Shown: positions 40,379-51,213, numbered from the stretch's first letter. The stretch is DNA of 64,000 nucleotides from an uncultured cyanobacterium (GCA_963718615.1 OY970368.1:1248001-1312000); one strand, 5' to 3'. The notes: generated by a model from the sequence alone, not told the origin. Program-made: numbers and translations.

Positions 40379-40567
40379 CCCAACTCTCATATCCTTAAGC
40401 ACGAGCCGCTTCTCCACAATCGCACAGAAGATTGATAACCGCTTGGGGAGCGCGTAACGCAGTAGGAGGATGTGCAATGGAACGTTTTATAGTTAATTGC
40501 GCCTAGCTACTGATCAGGAAAAACTAGCTAGACCATCGTCTAGAATCCAATCATAAAGACAAAAGCG

Positions 40568-41425
40568 ATGCGAGAGCGATTCCCAGAATCTTTGCCAGAA
40601 TCTTTGCCAGAATCTTTGCCAGAATCTTTGCCAGAACCGTTGTTTATCTTGCAACAGGTGACCCAGCGATTCAACGGCAGCGAAGCCCTTAGCCAGGTCA
40701 GTCTGAGCATTCAACCGGGCGATCGCGTGGCGCTCATCGGTCCCAGTGGGGCAGGCAAAAGTACGCTGCTGAGTTTGCTCAATGGCACGCGGTTGGCAAC
40801 GGAGGGCGAGGTTTGGGCGCTGGGTCGGTGTTGGCATCGGGTTTCGGGTCGCCAACGCCGTCAGCTTCAACGACAAATCGGCATGGTGTATCAGCAGTTT
40901 CATCTGGTAAATACACTACGGGTGATTCACAATGTCAATGCGGGGCACCTGGGCCGCTGGTCCGTGCCCAAGGCGTTGCTGTCCCTCATTCTGCCCCAGG
41001 ACGTGGCTTTAGCGCAGCAGGCCCTTGCCCAGGTGGGCATTGCCGAAAAACTCTGGACACGCACCGATCAGCTATCGGGAGGGCAGCAGCAGCGGGTGGC
41101 GATCGCCCGCGTCCTCATCCAGGATCCGTGGGTCATCTTAGCGGATGAGCCCATTGCTAGCCTTGACCCCGAGCGGGGTCGGGAGGTCATGCAGATCTTG
41201 GTGGATCTGTGCGCCGCTGGACGGACGCTAGTGGTGAGTTTGCATGATGTGGCCATGGCCCAGCGCTTTTGTAATCGGATCATTGGATTGCGCCAAGGCC
41301 GTGTCCTGTTTGATCAGCCCGTCACCGCCCTTGATGAAGCGCAAATCGCCCAGCTCTACGCCCTAGACTCGCCAGAAAATCCCCCTGCTAGTCGATCGCT
41401 AACGTCAGACAAAGCCATACACTAG
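40568..41425 (+). CDS. ABC ATP-binding protein, PhnC-like
   Basis: GPSGAGKST, LSGGQQQRVAIAR, LADEPIASLDP, HNVNAGHLG. Confidence 0.85.
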   Translation: MRERFPESLPESLPESLPESLPEPLFILQQVTQRFNGSEALSQVSLSIQPGDRVALIGPSGAGKSTLLSLLNGTRLATEGEVWALGRCWHRVSGRQRRQLQRQIGMVYQQFHLVNTLRVIHNVNAGHLGRWSVPKALLSLILPQDVALAQQALAQVGIAEKLWTRTDQLSGGQQQRVAIARVLIQDPWVILADEPIASLDPERGREVMQILVDLCAAGRTLVVSLHDVAMAQRFCNRIIGLRQGRVLFDQPVTALDEAQIAQLYALDSPENPPASRSLTSDKAIH

Positions 41426-41491
41426 GTCAGTAGCCTTCCGTCAGACAATCCTGGGGAAGGCTACGCAGTTGCCCTTCCTACGCTTTGAACC

Positions 41492-42628
41492 ATGAAGTGG
41501 ATTGATCAGCTTCCCCGCTGGTTTTCGTGGGGGCTTGTGCTCCCGTTGCTGGCCCTCAACGGTTGGGTCGCACTCCTGTTCTACCAGTACTTTGAGGGGT
41601 TGATTAAGATTTCCGTTGCGGCGACGCTGTTGACGTTTATTTTGAGTTACCCGGTGGGAGCCTTACAGCGGCTCAAACTGGGCCGAGGTCGCTCGGTTTT
41701 GCTGGTCTTGGTGGTGGCGTTAGCAGGGCTTGGGGTTTTGGGCGTGACGCTCATTCCTATCCTGCTCAATCAGCTCAATGATTTGGCGATGCGGCTGCCC
41801 AGTTGGCTGGATTCCGGTGCGGCTCAGCTGGATGCGCTCCAGGTTTGGGTGGCCCAGCGCAATTTGCCGGTGGATTTGATCAAATTGGGAGATCAACTGG
41901 AAGCGCGACTGTCGGGTCTTCTGCAAAATGCCAGTGGCATTGTTTTCGGGGTTTTGCCCGACGCCATTGGCAGCGTACTCGATTTTCTGCTGACGATTGT
42001 GCTGACGATTTATTTGCTTCTCCATGGCGATCGCTTTTGGAATGGCCTCTTTCAGTGGTTGCCGGATCGATTCAATGGCCAAATTCGCCCGCTGCTCAGC
42101 CAAAATTTTCAAAACTATTTTGCCGGTCAACTCAGTCTCGCGGCAGTCATGGGCGTGGCCATGACCATCGCATTTTTAATTATTCAAGTGCCCTTTGGCT
42201 TGCTTTTTGGCATTGGTGTTGGGGTTTTAGCGGTTTTTCCCTTTGGTACCGCAACCGGGGTTGCCATTGTCAGTTTGTTGACGGCGCTCAAAAGTATTTG
42301 GCTCGGGGTGCGGGTTTTAGCGGTGGCGTTGGTGATTGCCCAGGTGGTGGAAAATGCGATCGCCCCACTCCTGATCGGCGGTTTTACGGGTCTCAACCCC
42401 GTTTGGATTTTGCTATCGTTGCTTGTGGGGGCCAAGCTGGGTGGCATTTTGGGGTTAGTCATTGCCGTTCCCATCGCCAGCTCGATCAAAGAAGTTTTCA
42501 CGATTTTGCGAGAATCTGGGCTCACCGATAATAGTTCAGACCCTAAAGCAGATGATCACACAACGAATTCCTCGCTACAAAATGGTTCAGAAACGTCGAG
42601 TACGTTAACTCCATCTACCCTTCCCTAG
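41492..42628 (+). CDS. AI-2E family transporter
   Basis: Multi-TM; ENAIAPLLIGGFTGLNPVW..G.LG...AVP. Confidence 0.88.
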   Translation: MKWIDQLPRWFSWGLVLPLLALNGWVALLFYQYFEGLIKISVAATLLTFILSYPVGALQRLKLGRGRSVLLVLVVALAGLGVLGVTLIPILLNQLNDLAMRLPSWLDSGAAQLDALQVWVAQRNLPVDLIKLGDQLEARLSGLLQNASGIVFGVLPDAIGSVLDFLLTIVLTIYLLLHGDRFWNGLFQWLPDRFNGQIRPLLSQNFQNYFAGQLSLAAVMGVAMTIAFLIIQVPFGLLFGIGVGVLAVFPFGTATGVAIVSLLTALKSIWLGVRVLAVALVIAQVVENAIAPLLIGGFTGLNPVWILLSLLVGAKLGGILGLVIAVPIASSIKEVFTILRESGLTDNSSDPKADDHTTNSSLQNGSETSSTLTPSTLP

Positions 42629-42645
42629 GCATCGGCGATTTAAGC

Positions 42646-43617
42646 ATGGAAGTTTTGCCAGAAGCGAGCCCGACCGTCAAGTCATCGAAAATTCTTAGAC
42701 TATTGCCGGTGCTCCTAGCAGGGATATTGCTTGCGTTCACCTATCACTGGCTGAGCCATGAATTGACGGCCCATTCTCTGGCGCAAATTTGGCAAAGCTT
42801 TCGCAGTATTCCCCAATCTTCAATATTACTGGCCCTCAGTTTAACCTTGCTCAACTATGGGGTTTTGAGTGGTTACGATACGCTGGCCGTTCGCTATGCC
42901 CGTCGTCCGTTAACCTATGGGAGAACGGCATTGGTGGCCATGATTGGCTATGCCTTTAGCAATAATTTTGGGTTTACAGTGTTAAGTGGTGGGGCTATTC
43001 GCTATCGCTTTTATCGACGCTGGGGATTATCTGTGGGGGCGATCGCCCAAACCATTTTGTTTTGCAATCTTAGCTTTTGGGTCGGTCTGTTGACCCTCGG
43101 GGGGGCATTGTTTCTCTGGGATCCGTTTTCCGTGGCAGTTTTGTTGCGTCTACCCCTAGAGACGGTGCGGTCCTTGGGGGGATGTTTTCTCAGCCTTGTC
43201 CTCGCTTACCTCGGCTGGTGTTTGCTGAGTGTTCGGCCATTACGTTTGCGGCAATGGGTTTTGCCCCCCTTATCCTTGCGGTTGGCATTGGGACAAATGG
43301 GGGTCACTCTAGCGGATTGGATGATTGTGGCAGCGGTGCTTTATGTTTTGTTGCCGGGGACACTTTTGCCCTCCTATCCGTCTTTTTTAGGCATTTACTC
43401 CTTGGCTAAAGTGGCTGCGGTGATGAGCCATGTGCCAGGAGGGTTGGGAGTATTTGAGACGGTGGTGCTGAGCGCGATCGCGCCCCCCGCCCAAGCGATG
43501 CCGAAGGTTTTAAGTGTGTTTTTGGCCTACCGGGGGATTTACTATTTGTTGCCGTTGGCGATCGCCATCTTAGTCTGGACCAGTTACGAACTCAAGCTGG
43601 GCAAACCTGAAAAATAA
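42646..43617 (+). CDS. MprF/lysylphosphatidylglycerol synthase TM (flippase-like) domain protein
   Basis: GGAIRYRFY..WGL, SHVPGGLGVFE, YRGIYYLLP; no C-terminal synthase domain. Confidence 0.8.
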   Translation: MEVLPEASPTVKSSKILRLLPVLLAGILLAFTYHWLSHELTAHSLAQIWQSFRSIPQSSILLALSLTLLNYGVLSGYDTLAVRYARRPLTYGRTALVAMIGYAFSNNFGFTVLSGGAIRYRFYRRWGLSVGAIAQTILFCNLSFWVGLLTLGGALFLWDPFSVAVLLRLPLETVRSLGGCFLSLVLAYLGWCLLSVRPLRLRQWVLPPLSLRLALGQMGVTLADWMIVAAVLYVLLPGTLLPSYPSFLGIYSLAKVAAVMSHVPGGLGVFETVVLSAIAPPAQAMPKVLSVFLAYRGIYYLLPLAIAILVWTSYELKLGKPEK

Positions 43618-43755
43618 GCAATAAACCTGCAAAATCTAGACTAAAATCCCACAAACCCGACAGCAGATCTATCTTTATGAGGAAGTGAAACTATTGCAAG
43701 ATCTCTATAGTAAGACAGATCCTTTGAGTCATCTTAGTTTCTTCAAGATTTTCCT

Positions 43756-44841
43756 ATGTTGCACCTCTTCCAAGACAGTCTTGCGCTTCAGCTTGGCTTG
43801 GTTGTGGGGATAACGCTTGTAGTCATCGGTTTATTTGGACAGCTCAGCGCTATTTTACTCAACTTTGGTATCAAGGCGTTAGCCGCCCCGGAGCTAAATC
43901 GGTTTTATCGGAAGGTCATTGAACCTCGGCGATCGCTTCTCGGAATCGTCATTTCCCTAGGAGTTTTTGATGTCACCCTGTGGCTGTTTTTCCAGCGTTT
44001 CTTGCAGGTTCCCTGGTACAGCAGGATTGAAATTCCAGCAACGCTGACCTTTACCGTGGCGTTGGGCTGGCTAATGTCTCGGTTATTTAAAGAATATTTT
44101 GGGAGTTACTTGTTAGATGCCGCTGCCACGGGGGGGCGAAAAGTTAATAGCGAGTTTTTAGTTCTCGCTAAATTTTTAGCTAATTTCACAATTTTGGTGA
44201 TTCTCGTAATCCTCTTTGGCCAAACCCATAATTTTAATATATTTGGAGTGTTTGCCAGTTTGGGTGTGGGAGGAATTGCAATCGCCTTCTCCGCACAAAA
44301 AGTCCTAGAGCAGTTACTCGGTGGCATTGTTATTTATATCGATCGTCCCTTTAGTATCGATGATTATATTGGTTTGCCGGACGGAACCTATGGACGAGTC
44401 GAGTCCATTGGTCTACGATCAACAAAGGTTCGGACTTCGGGAAAAGGTACGCTGGCGATCGTTCCCAACAATGCAATCATTCAATCGACGGTGGAGAACT
44501 TTACGGGCGCGAAAAAAGTCATGGTACTGCTTTACCTGAATTTTAATCGTGTCATCTCGGCAGATGAAGAAGCCCTAATCCGCCAAGTTGTTTTGGATAG
44601 CACTCAAGATGTTTTCGGCTTAGATTCTCGCAACACTGACATTGTTTTCAAGAAAAATCTTCAGGGAATGCAGGCCCAGATTACATTTTTTATTTTGGGC
44701 TCTGGGGCTGTTTCAATGAAAATTCGACGTCAACTGCTGAATATTGCTAATCACAATCTGACGCAGCAGCTAAGAACCTACGGCATTGTTTTTGAAATCG
44801 AAGCGCCCACAGTTTATGTGGATTCTCCCATTACGATCTAG
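43756..44841 (+). CDS. MscS family mechanosensitive channel
   Basis: ASLGVGGIAIAFSAQ, DRPFSIDDYI, GRVESIGLRSTK. Confidence 0.88.
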   Translation: MLHLFQDSLALQLGLVVGITLVVIGLFGQLSAILLNFGIKALAAPELNRFYRKVIEPRRSLLGIVISLGVFDVTLWLFFQRFLQVPWYSRIEIPATLTFTVALGWLMSRLFKEYFGSYLLDAAATGGRKVNSEFLVLAKFLANFTILVILVILFGQTHNFNIFGVFASLGVGGIAIAFSAQKVLEQLLGGIVIYIDRPFSIDDYIGLPDGTYGRVESIGLRSTKVRTSGKGTLAIVPNNAIIQSTVENFTGAKKVMVLLYLNFNRVISADEEALIRQVVLDSTQDVFGLDSRNTDIVFKKNLQGMQAQITFFILGSGAVSMKIRRQLLNIANHNLTQQLRTYGIVFEIEAPTVYVDSPITI

Positions 44842-44849
44842 GAAAGTGG

Positions 44850-46040
44850 ATGAATATTGCTGAAGTTTTTCAGGGATTAGAGATTTATCTACCCCGCATC
44901 TTAGAAGTTCCGAAGCTCATCATTTTTGTCTGCTCTATTTTGCTTTCTACTATTGTAGGTCGCTACACACCGGGATTAGTCTGGCTAATCGTCCATCGCC
45001 TTGCTCAAGACTCTGTAGCGATTCTCTATGACCGTCTGGTTCAGCCCATTCGAGGGAGTTTTCAGACCGCTGGAACACTAACTTTAATCTCACTTTCTTT
45101 GGTTTGGCTACAGGCGGACTATCTGAGTCTATATGCCTTTCTCAAACCTTTTGTAGATTTGGGGGTGATTGTTTCTGTTGCTTGGCTAAGCTCTCGTATT
45201 TTTCGTCAGGTTTTGCGTTTCTATGGCATTGAACTGTTGCGACGATTAGGGAGAGAGGTGAATGAATTATTGCTAGTCATTGAAACTTTAGTCAATGTTT
45301 TGATTGGGTTTATAGCAGTTTTGGCCTTTGCTCAGAGTCAAAATTTTAATTTGATTGGTTTGATGGCAAGCTTGGGGTTGGGAGGGTTGGCGATCGCCTT
45401 TGCCGCCCAAAAAATTCTTGAGCAGCTTTTGAGTACGATTGTGCTGTATCTCGATCGCCCATTTGTGCCTGGGGACTATATTCGAGTCAGTCTCAATCCC
45501 CATAAATTGGATGTCTATGGTCGGGTGGAGTCCATTGGTTTGCGCTCGACAAAGCTACGAACATCTGGAAAGAGTACCTTGGTGATTATTCCCAATAATA
45601 CTCTAGCAAATCTGGACATTGAAAATGTGACCCGTGGTAAGAAGGTCATGGTGATGCTGTATTTAGATTTTTTAGCTCCGCTCAAGGTTCAAGATGCGGC
45701 TTTGGTGCAGCAAGTGATTACTGAAAGTACAGAATCTCTGTTAGGCATTGATCCTGGCAGTACTAGTATCAGTTTGCTGACGGAGGAAGGCCAAGGGAAT
45801 GGTCAAGGCAATGTTCAAGGCAATGTTCAAGGCAATGGTCAGGCTCCGGCTCCACCGATATTGCCCCGACGGGCAAGGGTAACGTTTTTTATTTTAGGAT
45901 CGAGTGAGGATTCAATTCAGTTGCGTAAGCGACTTTTGGAGCTAGCGAGTAGCAAAATCGCGAAGCGCCTTAATGTTCACGGGATTGAGTTTACGATGCA
46001 GGAGCCAACAATTTATGTAGAATCTCCTGTCACGCTTTAG
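44850..46040 (+). CDS. MscS family mechanosensitive channel
   Basis: ASLGLGGLAIAFAAQ, DRPFVPGDYI, GRVESIGLRSTK. Confidence 0.88.
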   Translation: MNIAEVFQGLEIYLPRILEVPKLIIFVCSILLSTIVGRYTPGLVWLIVHRLAQDSVAILYDRLVQPIRGSFQTAGTLTLISLSLVWLQADYLSLYAFLKPFVDLGVIVSVAWLSSRIFRQVLRFYGIELLRRLGREVNELLLVIETLVNVLIGFIAVLAFAQSQNFNLIGLMASLGLGGLAIAFAAQKILEQLLSTIVLYLDRPFVPGDYIRVSLNPHKLDVYGRVESIGLRSTKLRTSGKSTLVIIPNNTLANLDIENVTRGKKVMVMLYLDFLAPLKVQDAALVQQVITESTESLLGIDPGSTSISLLTEEGQGNGQGNVQGNVQGNGQAPAPPILPRRARVTFFILGSSEDSIQLRKRLLELASSKIAKRLNVHGIEFTMQEPTIYVESPVTL

Positions 46041-46108
46041 GGACAAAATAACTTGATCACCTCAACCCTCACCTGAATCCTTTCCTCAGATTCAGCGCTT
46101 AACGGAGG

Positions 46109-46618
46109 TTAAGGCTCACCCAGAAAATCCCGTTTCCCGACTTCTACTCCATCGTGTCTAAGGATGTCATAGGCCGTCGTCATATGGAAGTAGACATTCG
46201 GCAAGACAAAGCCCGATAAAAAAGGCCATCCCTGCATCGTGATGCTTTCTCCGCCACCGATCGGGACAGAAACTTCCTTCTCTTCGGTACCGTCAATCTG
46301 CTCGGCGGTGAAGGTCTGCAAATAGGCAACACTTTTCTCAAGGCGATCGATCAACTCAGGAAACGTTGTTTCTGTATCCGCGATGGAGGGAGCGTCTAAG
46401 CCTGCGAGCCTCGCCATGCCGCGTCTAGAGACATCGGAGGCAATCTGGATCTGTTTGGCAAGGGGAAACATATCGGGATACAAACGGCTGTTGACCAACA
46501 CCGTTGGATCAATGCCTTTGGCGACTGCGTGGGCTTCTCCTTTTTTGAGGATTGCAATGAGGTTGTTGAGCGTGCGGCTCAGGATGGGAATAGAAGCTTG
46601 ATACATCGAAAGGGTCAT
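46109..46618 (-). CDS. DUF1993 family protein
   Basis: SMYQASIP, RLYPDMFPL..Q, LPNVYFH.TTAYDILRH.GVEVGKRDFLG. Confidence 0.9.
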   Translation of the reverse strand: MTLSMYQASIPILSRTLNNLIAILKKGEAHAVAKGIDPTVLVNSRLYPDMFPLAKQIQIASDVSRRGMARLAGLDAPSIADTETTFPELIDRLEKSVAYLQTFTAEQIDGTEEKEVSVPIGGGESITMQGWPFLSGFVLPNVYFHMTTAYDILRHDGVEVGKRDFLGEP

Positions 46619-46753
46619 GGTGACTTCTCCTAAATCATTAGAGATTGGGTGGCGATGGGGCGATCGCCCCAAGTTTTGGTAACGCCCATTAGAGCAGCTT
46701 ACAGGGGCGATCGCCCTCAACCCAACAAATCTCTAAAACAAATCTCTAAAAGA

Positions 46754-49700
46754 CTAAGCACTAAAATACTTTGCCACCGGGTGATAGGTAATGATTGCCG
46801 TCGTTGATTCCTCGGGATACAATTGCTCACTTTCATCCATTGTCATACCGATGCGCTCAGCCCCCAAAATCTGCAACTGCTGCGCCTGATCCGCCACCCT
46901 CGGACAAGCCGGATAGCCAAAACTATAGCGGCTTCCCTGGTATCGCTGGGCCAACATATCGCGGATATTATCCGGCTCCAGATCGCCGTATCCCAGCTCC
47001 TGACGAATGCGAGCATGGCACCACTCCGCCATCGCCTCGGCCATCTGCACCGCAAGGCCGTGGAAATAGAGATAGTCCTTATACTGGTTCTCCGCAAACA
47101 GTTGCCGTGCATAGTCCGCCGAAATCTGACCGACCGTCACCGCCTGCATCGGAAACACATCAAACTGACGATCTTGTTGTACGAGATCCAGCGGTCTGAA
47201 GAAATCCGCAATACAAAGCCGTCGCATCGACTTCTGACGCGGGAATTCCCACGTAAACAACGGTTTAGGAAACGCCTCTTCCTGCCCGTCTTCCTGCCTT
47301 ACGGACGAACCGCCAGCCGTCCTCCCCGCCTCGGCCATCACCGCCGGGTCATAGACATGCACCGAATTGCCCTCCGCCGCGCAGGGGAAATAGCCATAGA
47401 CCAGTTGAGGATGCAAGAGATTCTCAGCCTTGATCTTTTGCTTCCATTCCTCCAGGACTGGATAAACCTTCTCCGCCAGGAATACATCGTACTCTTCTCG
47501 GCTTTGGTCCTTGGGCTTGCGGAATTGCCACTGCCCCGCAATCAGCGCTTGCAGATCCAGATGCCAATACAATTCCTCTAGGTCAAAGTCCTCGGGCATC
47601 AACACCTTCGCGCCCCAGAACGGTGGCACTGGTCGGGGAATATCAATCTCTACGGCTTCGGAACGATGGGTGTCAATGACCTCTGGCTCTTGCTTCTCCG
47701 GTTTCGGTGGACCCTTTAATTCTGCTTCTGCTTGCTCGATCGCCTGCCGACCCTTCTGGTTGTACTGGGCAAACTCTCCGATAAATCCCTCGCCATCCCC
47801 CCAAGCCTGCTCTCGCTTCGCAGGCATGAGTCGGTCCATAAACGTCAAGTCAGCAAAGGCATCCTTTCCATAAATGACCTGGCCGTTATAGGTCTCTTGA
47901 CAATCACCATAGACAAACTTAGGAGTCAGTGCCGCACCGCCTAAAATCACCGGCACCGTAATCCCTTTTTGGTTAAAGACCGCTAGGTTTTCCTTCATGA
48001 AGGCCGTCGACTTTACGAGCAATCCGCTCATGGCGATACAGTCAGGCTTGTGCTGCTCGTAAGCCTCAACAATGGCATCAACGGTTTGCTTAATCCCCAG
48101 GTTAATGACCTTATAGCCGTTGTTGGTGAGGATGATATCGACTAGGTTTTTGCCAATATCATGGACATCTCCCTTGACCGTCGCAATCAGGAATTTACCC
48201 TTCCCGGAATCGTCCTGCCCCTCAATTTTCTCCATAAACGGTTCGAGGAATGCCACCGCAAACTTCATCGTCTCTGCGGACTGCAAGACAAAGGGCAATT
48301 GCATTTGTCCCGAACCAAACAGCTCACCCACGACTTTCATGCCATCAAGCAAGAAGGTGTTGATGATTTGCAGCGGTGGATACTGCTCTAACGCCAGCTT
48401 GAGTGCATCTTCTAAGCCAATGCGTTCGCCATCAATAATGTGCTGTTTGAGCCGTTCTTCGATGGGTAAATCCGCCAGCGAAGCCGAAGACCGGGCATCT
48501 TTGGTACTCACCCCTTCAAATAGTGTCGTGAGTTGTGTCAGGGGATCATAGGCGCAAATATCGTTCTCAAAGCGTCGATTGTCGTAGATCAAATCCCGAC
48601 AAACCTGCTGATGTTCTGGCGCAATTTTACTCAAAGGCAAAATCTTTGCAGCGGAGACGATCGCCCCATCCATGCCCACCTGCATCGCCTCATGCAGAAA
48701 CATCGAATTGAGCGTAATCCGCGCCGCTGGACTCAAACCAAAGGAAATATTGGAAACTCCCAACATGAAGTGAACACCCGGAAGATGTTCCTTGATCCTG
48801 CGAATCGATTCGATCGTCGCCTTGCCGTTTTCCCGATCCTCTTCAATTCCGGTGGAAATGGGCAGCGCTAGGGTATCAAAAAAGATCTCGTGGGGGGGGA
48901 GACCAAACGCTAAGGCATCGCGGTAGGCCCGTTGGGCGATCGCAAACTTCCGCTCCGCCGATCGAGCCATACCCTCCTCGTCAATGGTTCCAATTACTAC
49001 CCCTGCGCCATAGGTTTTGGCCAGTTCTAGAACCTTAAAAAAGCGCTCATCCCCATCTTCATAGTTGGTCGAGTTGAGGATACATTTCCCCCCAGCCACC
49101 TTCAGCCCCGCTTCCATCTTTTGCCACTCGGTGGAATCGAGCATCAGGGGCAGCGTCACGTTGGTCACTAGGCGAGAGACCAGCTCATGCATGTCCCGTT
49201 CGCCATCCCGTCCAACGTAATCGACGTTGACATCCAGGATGTGGGCTCCTTCCTTGACTTGGGTTTTGGCGATCGCCATCAATCCATCCCAGTCATCTTC
49301 ATTCAGCAACTCCCGCACCTTCTTGGAACCACTGGCATTCAGCCGTTCCCCCACAATCAAAAAGGAATTGTCCTGGTCGTAGGGCTGGGCTGCATAAATC
49401 GATGCCGCTGCCGGGGTGTAATTCAACGCGGGTCGGACGGACGAACTGCTGTTCGTTTCTACAGAAGAACGGATGGGGCGGGGCTTTGGGGTTAATTCCT
49501 GGGCGATTTCCGCCAGGGCTGCAATGTGGTCCGGTCTGGTGCCGCAGCAACCGCCGATCACCTGTACGCCCAAATCCTCCACAAACCGATGCAGGGCAAT
49601 GCGCAATTCCATCGGCGTCAGCTTGTAATGGGCATGACCGCCAACATTCTCCGGCAACCCCGCATTGGGAATACAGGAGACCACAAAGGGCGAGGTCTCC

Positions 49701-50428
49701 GCCAAATACTTGATATGCTCGCTCATCAAATCCGGCCCCGTGGCACAGTTGAGCCCAAGAATATCGATCTTAAACGGCTCCAGAATACTCACCACCGCCG
49801 TAATATCCGAGCCCACCAACATCGTCCCCGTGGTTTCCATCGTCACCGAAACCATGATCGGGCGACGCTCCCCTTTCTGGGCACAAACCGTCTCCACTGC
49901 ATTCAACGCCGCCTTGATTTGCAGCACGTCTTGACAGGTCTCGATGATAAAGAGATCAACCCCGCCGTCGTAAAGCCCTTCGGCCTGGACCGTAAACGCT
50001 GTCAGCAGTTCATCGTAGGTAATATGGCCGAGGGTGGGAAGCTTGGTTCCTGGCCCAATGGACCCGGCCACAAAACGCGGCTTCTCTGGGGTCGAAAACT
50101 CTGCGGTGCAGGACTTGGCGAGCTCCGCTGCCCGCTTGCTAATCTCATAGGCTTGATCCTGGAGGCCATACTCTGCCAACACAAACGTGCTGCTGCCAAA
50201 GGTATCCGTTTCGATCACATCCGCCCCAGCCGCCAAAAAATCCCGGTGAACCTTGGCCACGGCCTCCGGCTTCGTCATAATCAAATACTCATTACAGCCC
50301 TCATACTCAGGTCCACCAAAATCCGCTGCGGTCAAATCCTGGACCTGGAGATTGGTCCCCATGGCACCGTCAAATACCAAAACGGGACGTTCGGGACTGT
50401 GGAGGCGATCGAGGAAAGAACTACGCAT
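46754..50428 (-). CDS. metH: Cobalamin-dependent methionine synthase
   Basis: [41 protein letters not shown]. Confidence 0.97.
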   Translation of the reverse strand: MRSSFLDRLHSPERPVLVFDGAMGTNLQVQDLTAADFGGPEYEGCNEYLIMTKPEAVAKVHRDFLAAGADVIETDTFGSSTFVLAEYGLQDQAYEISKRAAELAKSCTAEFSTPEKPRFVAGSIGPGTKLPTLGHITYDELLTAFTVQAEGLYDGGVDLFIIETCQDVLQIKAALNAVETVCAQKGERRPIMVSVTMETTGTMLVGSDITAVVSILEPFKIDILGLNCATGPDLMSEHIKYLAETSPFVVSCIPNAGLPENVGGHAHYKLTPMELRIALHRFVEDLGVQVIGGCCGTRPDHIAALAEIAQELTPKPRPIRSSVETNSSSSVRPALNYTPAAASIYAAQPYDQDNSFLIVGERLNASGSKKVRELLNEDDWDGLMAIAKTQVKEGAHILDVNVDYVGRDGERDMHELVSRLVTNVTLPLMLDSTEWQKMEAGLKVAGGKCILNSTNYEDGDERFFKVLELAKTYGAGVVIGTIDEEGMARSAERKFAIAQRAYRDALAFGLPPHEIFFDTLALPISTGIEEDRENGKATIESIRRIKEHLPGVHFMLGVSNISFGLSPAARITLNSMFLHEAMQVGMDGAIVSAAKILPLSKIAPEHQQVCRDLIYDNRRFENDICAYDPLTQLTTLFEGVSTKDARSSASLADLPIEERLKQHIIDGERIGLEDALKLALEQYPPLQIINTFLLDGMKVVGELFGSGQMQLPFVLQSAETMKFAVAFLEPFMEKIEGQDDSGKGKFLIATVKGDVHDIGKNLVDIILTNNGYKVINLGIKQTVDAIVEAYEQHKPDCIAMSGLLVKSTAFMKENLAVFNQKGITVPVILGGAALTPKFVYGDCQETYNGQVIYGKDAFADLTFMDRLMPAKREQAWGDGEGFIGEFAQYNQKGRQAIEQAEAELKGPPKPEKQEPEVIDTHRSEAVEIDIPRPVPPFWGAKVLMPEDFDLEELYWHLDLQALIAGQWQFRKPKDQSREEYDVFLAEKVYPVLEEWKQKIKAENLLHPQLVYGYFPCAAEGNSVHVYDPAVMAEAGRTAGGSSVRQEDGQEEAFPKPLFTWEFPRQKSMRRLCIADFFRPLDLVQQDRQFDVFPMQAVTVGQISADYARQLFAENQYKDYLYFHGLAVQMAEAMAEWCHARIRQELGYGDLEPDNIRDMLAQRYQGSRYSFGYPACPRVADQAQQLQILGAERIGMTMDESEQLYPEESTTAIITYHPVAKYFSA

Positions 50429-50700
50429 AGGAACTATCTGGTTAGAAAGACTGGGCTAAAAGATTGAAATTTATCTTCATATCTTACCCATCCTGCCTGA
50501 AATTCCGGGGATTCAGGTGTAAACAGACGCAAACTTTAAGGGAAGGGAAGGAAAATAGTGGGGCGATCGCCTCCTCCCAAAGTGCCCATCAACACCACAG
50601 CTCCGCAGGTGTTACCCCGCGAAGCTGGACTATGGAGCGATTTTGGTTAGCCCCTCAATGTAAGTTGCCTTTATCTAAGTTGCCTGCATCAGACCATGCG

Positions 50701-51213
50701 TTATTGAGCCACGACATCAATGATGGCGTTTTTCACTTGCTGCTTGATCTGCTGCTCCTTTTGGGCAACGGTTGCGCCCGACTGTCCCAAATCCTGTGCC
50801 CAATTTGATTGTTTTTGTTCAAAGGGGTGAGGTGTTAGGGTTTCGCCCTTAGCGAGGGTTTGTTTATACCAATCTGTAAATTGGCTGGCACGGGTTTTTA
50901 GGGTGGTGTAGCGATCGCCATAGCGCTCCGGCATTGCTTGCTTTTTCTGCTGCAAGTAAGCCGTAAATTTAACCCGCAGGGCTTGGAAAACCGATTTCCA
51001 GAAGGGCGTGGCGGTTTCCGTTTCCGCTGTAGGCGTTTCTAGCTCCAGCACTTCCGTCAGCGTACCTTTCGAAATACTCCAAACTTCGCTGGAACCGGCT
51101 TTGGTTTCCTTCAGGGCTTCAGAGAAAGCCGCTTGGAAAATGGACTGGATGCGCTTGGCTCGGGTTTGAGCAATGGTTTTGGCCTGGTGAAAACCCACTT
51201 GATGATCAGACAT
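50701..51213 (-). CDS. Hypothetical helical protein
   Basis: 170-aa ORF with GGAGG upstream. Confidence 0.7.
   Translation of the reverse strand: MSDHQVGFHQAKTIAQTRAKRIQSIFQAAFSEALKETKAGSSEVWSISKGTLTEVLELETPTAETETATPFWKSVFQALRVKFTAYLQQKKQAMPERYGDRYTTLKTRASQFTDWYKQTLAKGETLTPHPFEQKQSNWAQDLGQSGATVAQKEQQIKQQVKNAIIDVVAQ

Noticed and set aside
40514-40903. ORF with RFWQ repeats
   Set aside because: Reverse reading of the 12-nt tandem repeat within the PhnC-like gene.
49526-50467. 313-aa plus-strand ORF (also 46823-47581)
   Set aside because: Antisense shadows of metH.
50429-50700. Possible cobalamin or SAM riboswitch upstream of metH
   Set aside because: No recognisable B12-box or SAM consensus by eye; an Rfam scan would be needed.
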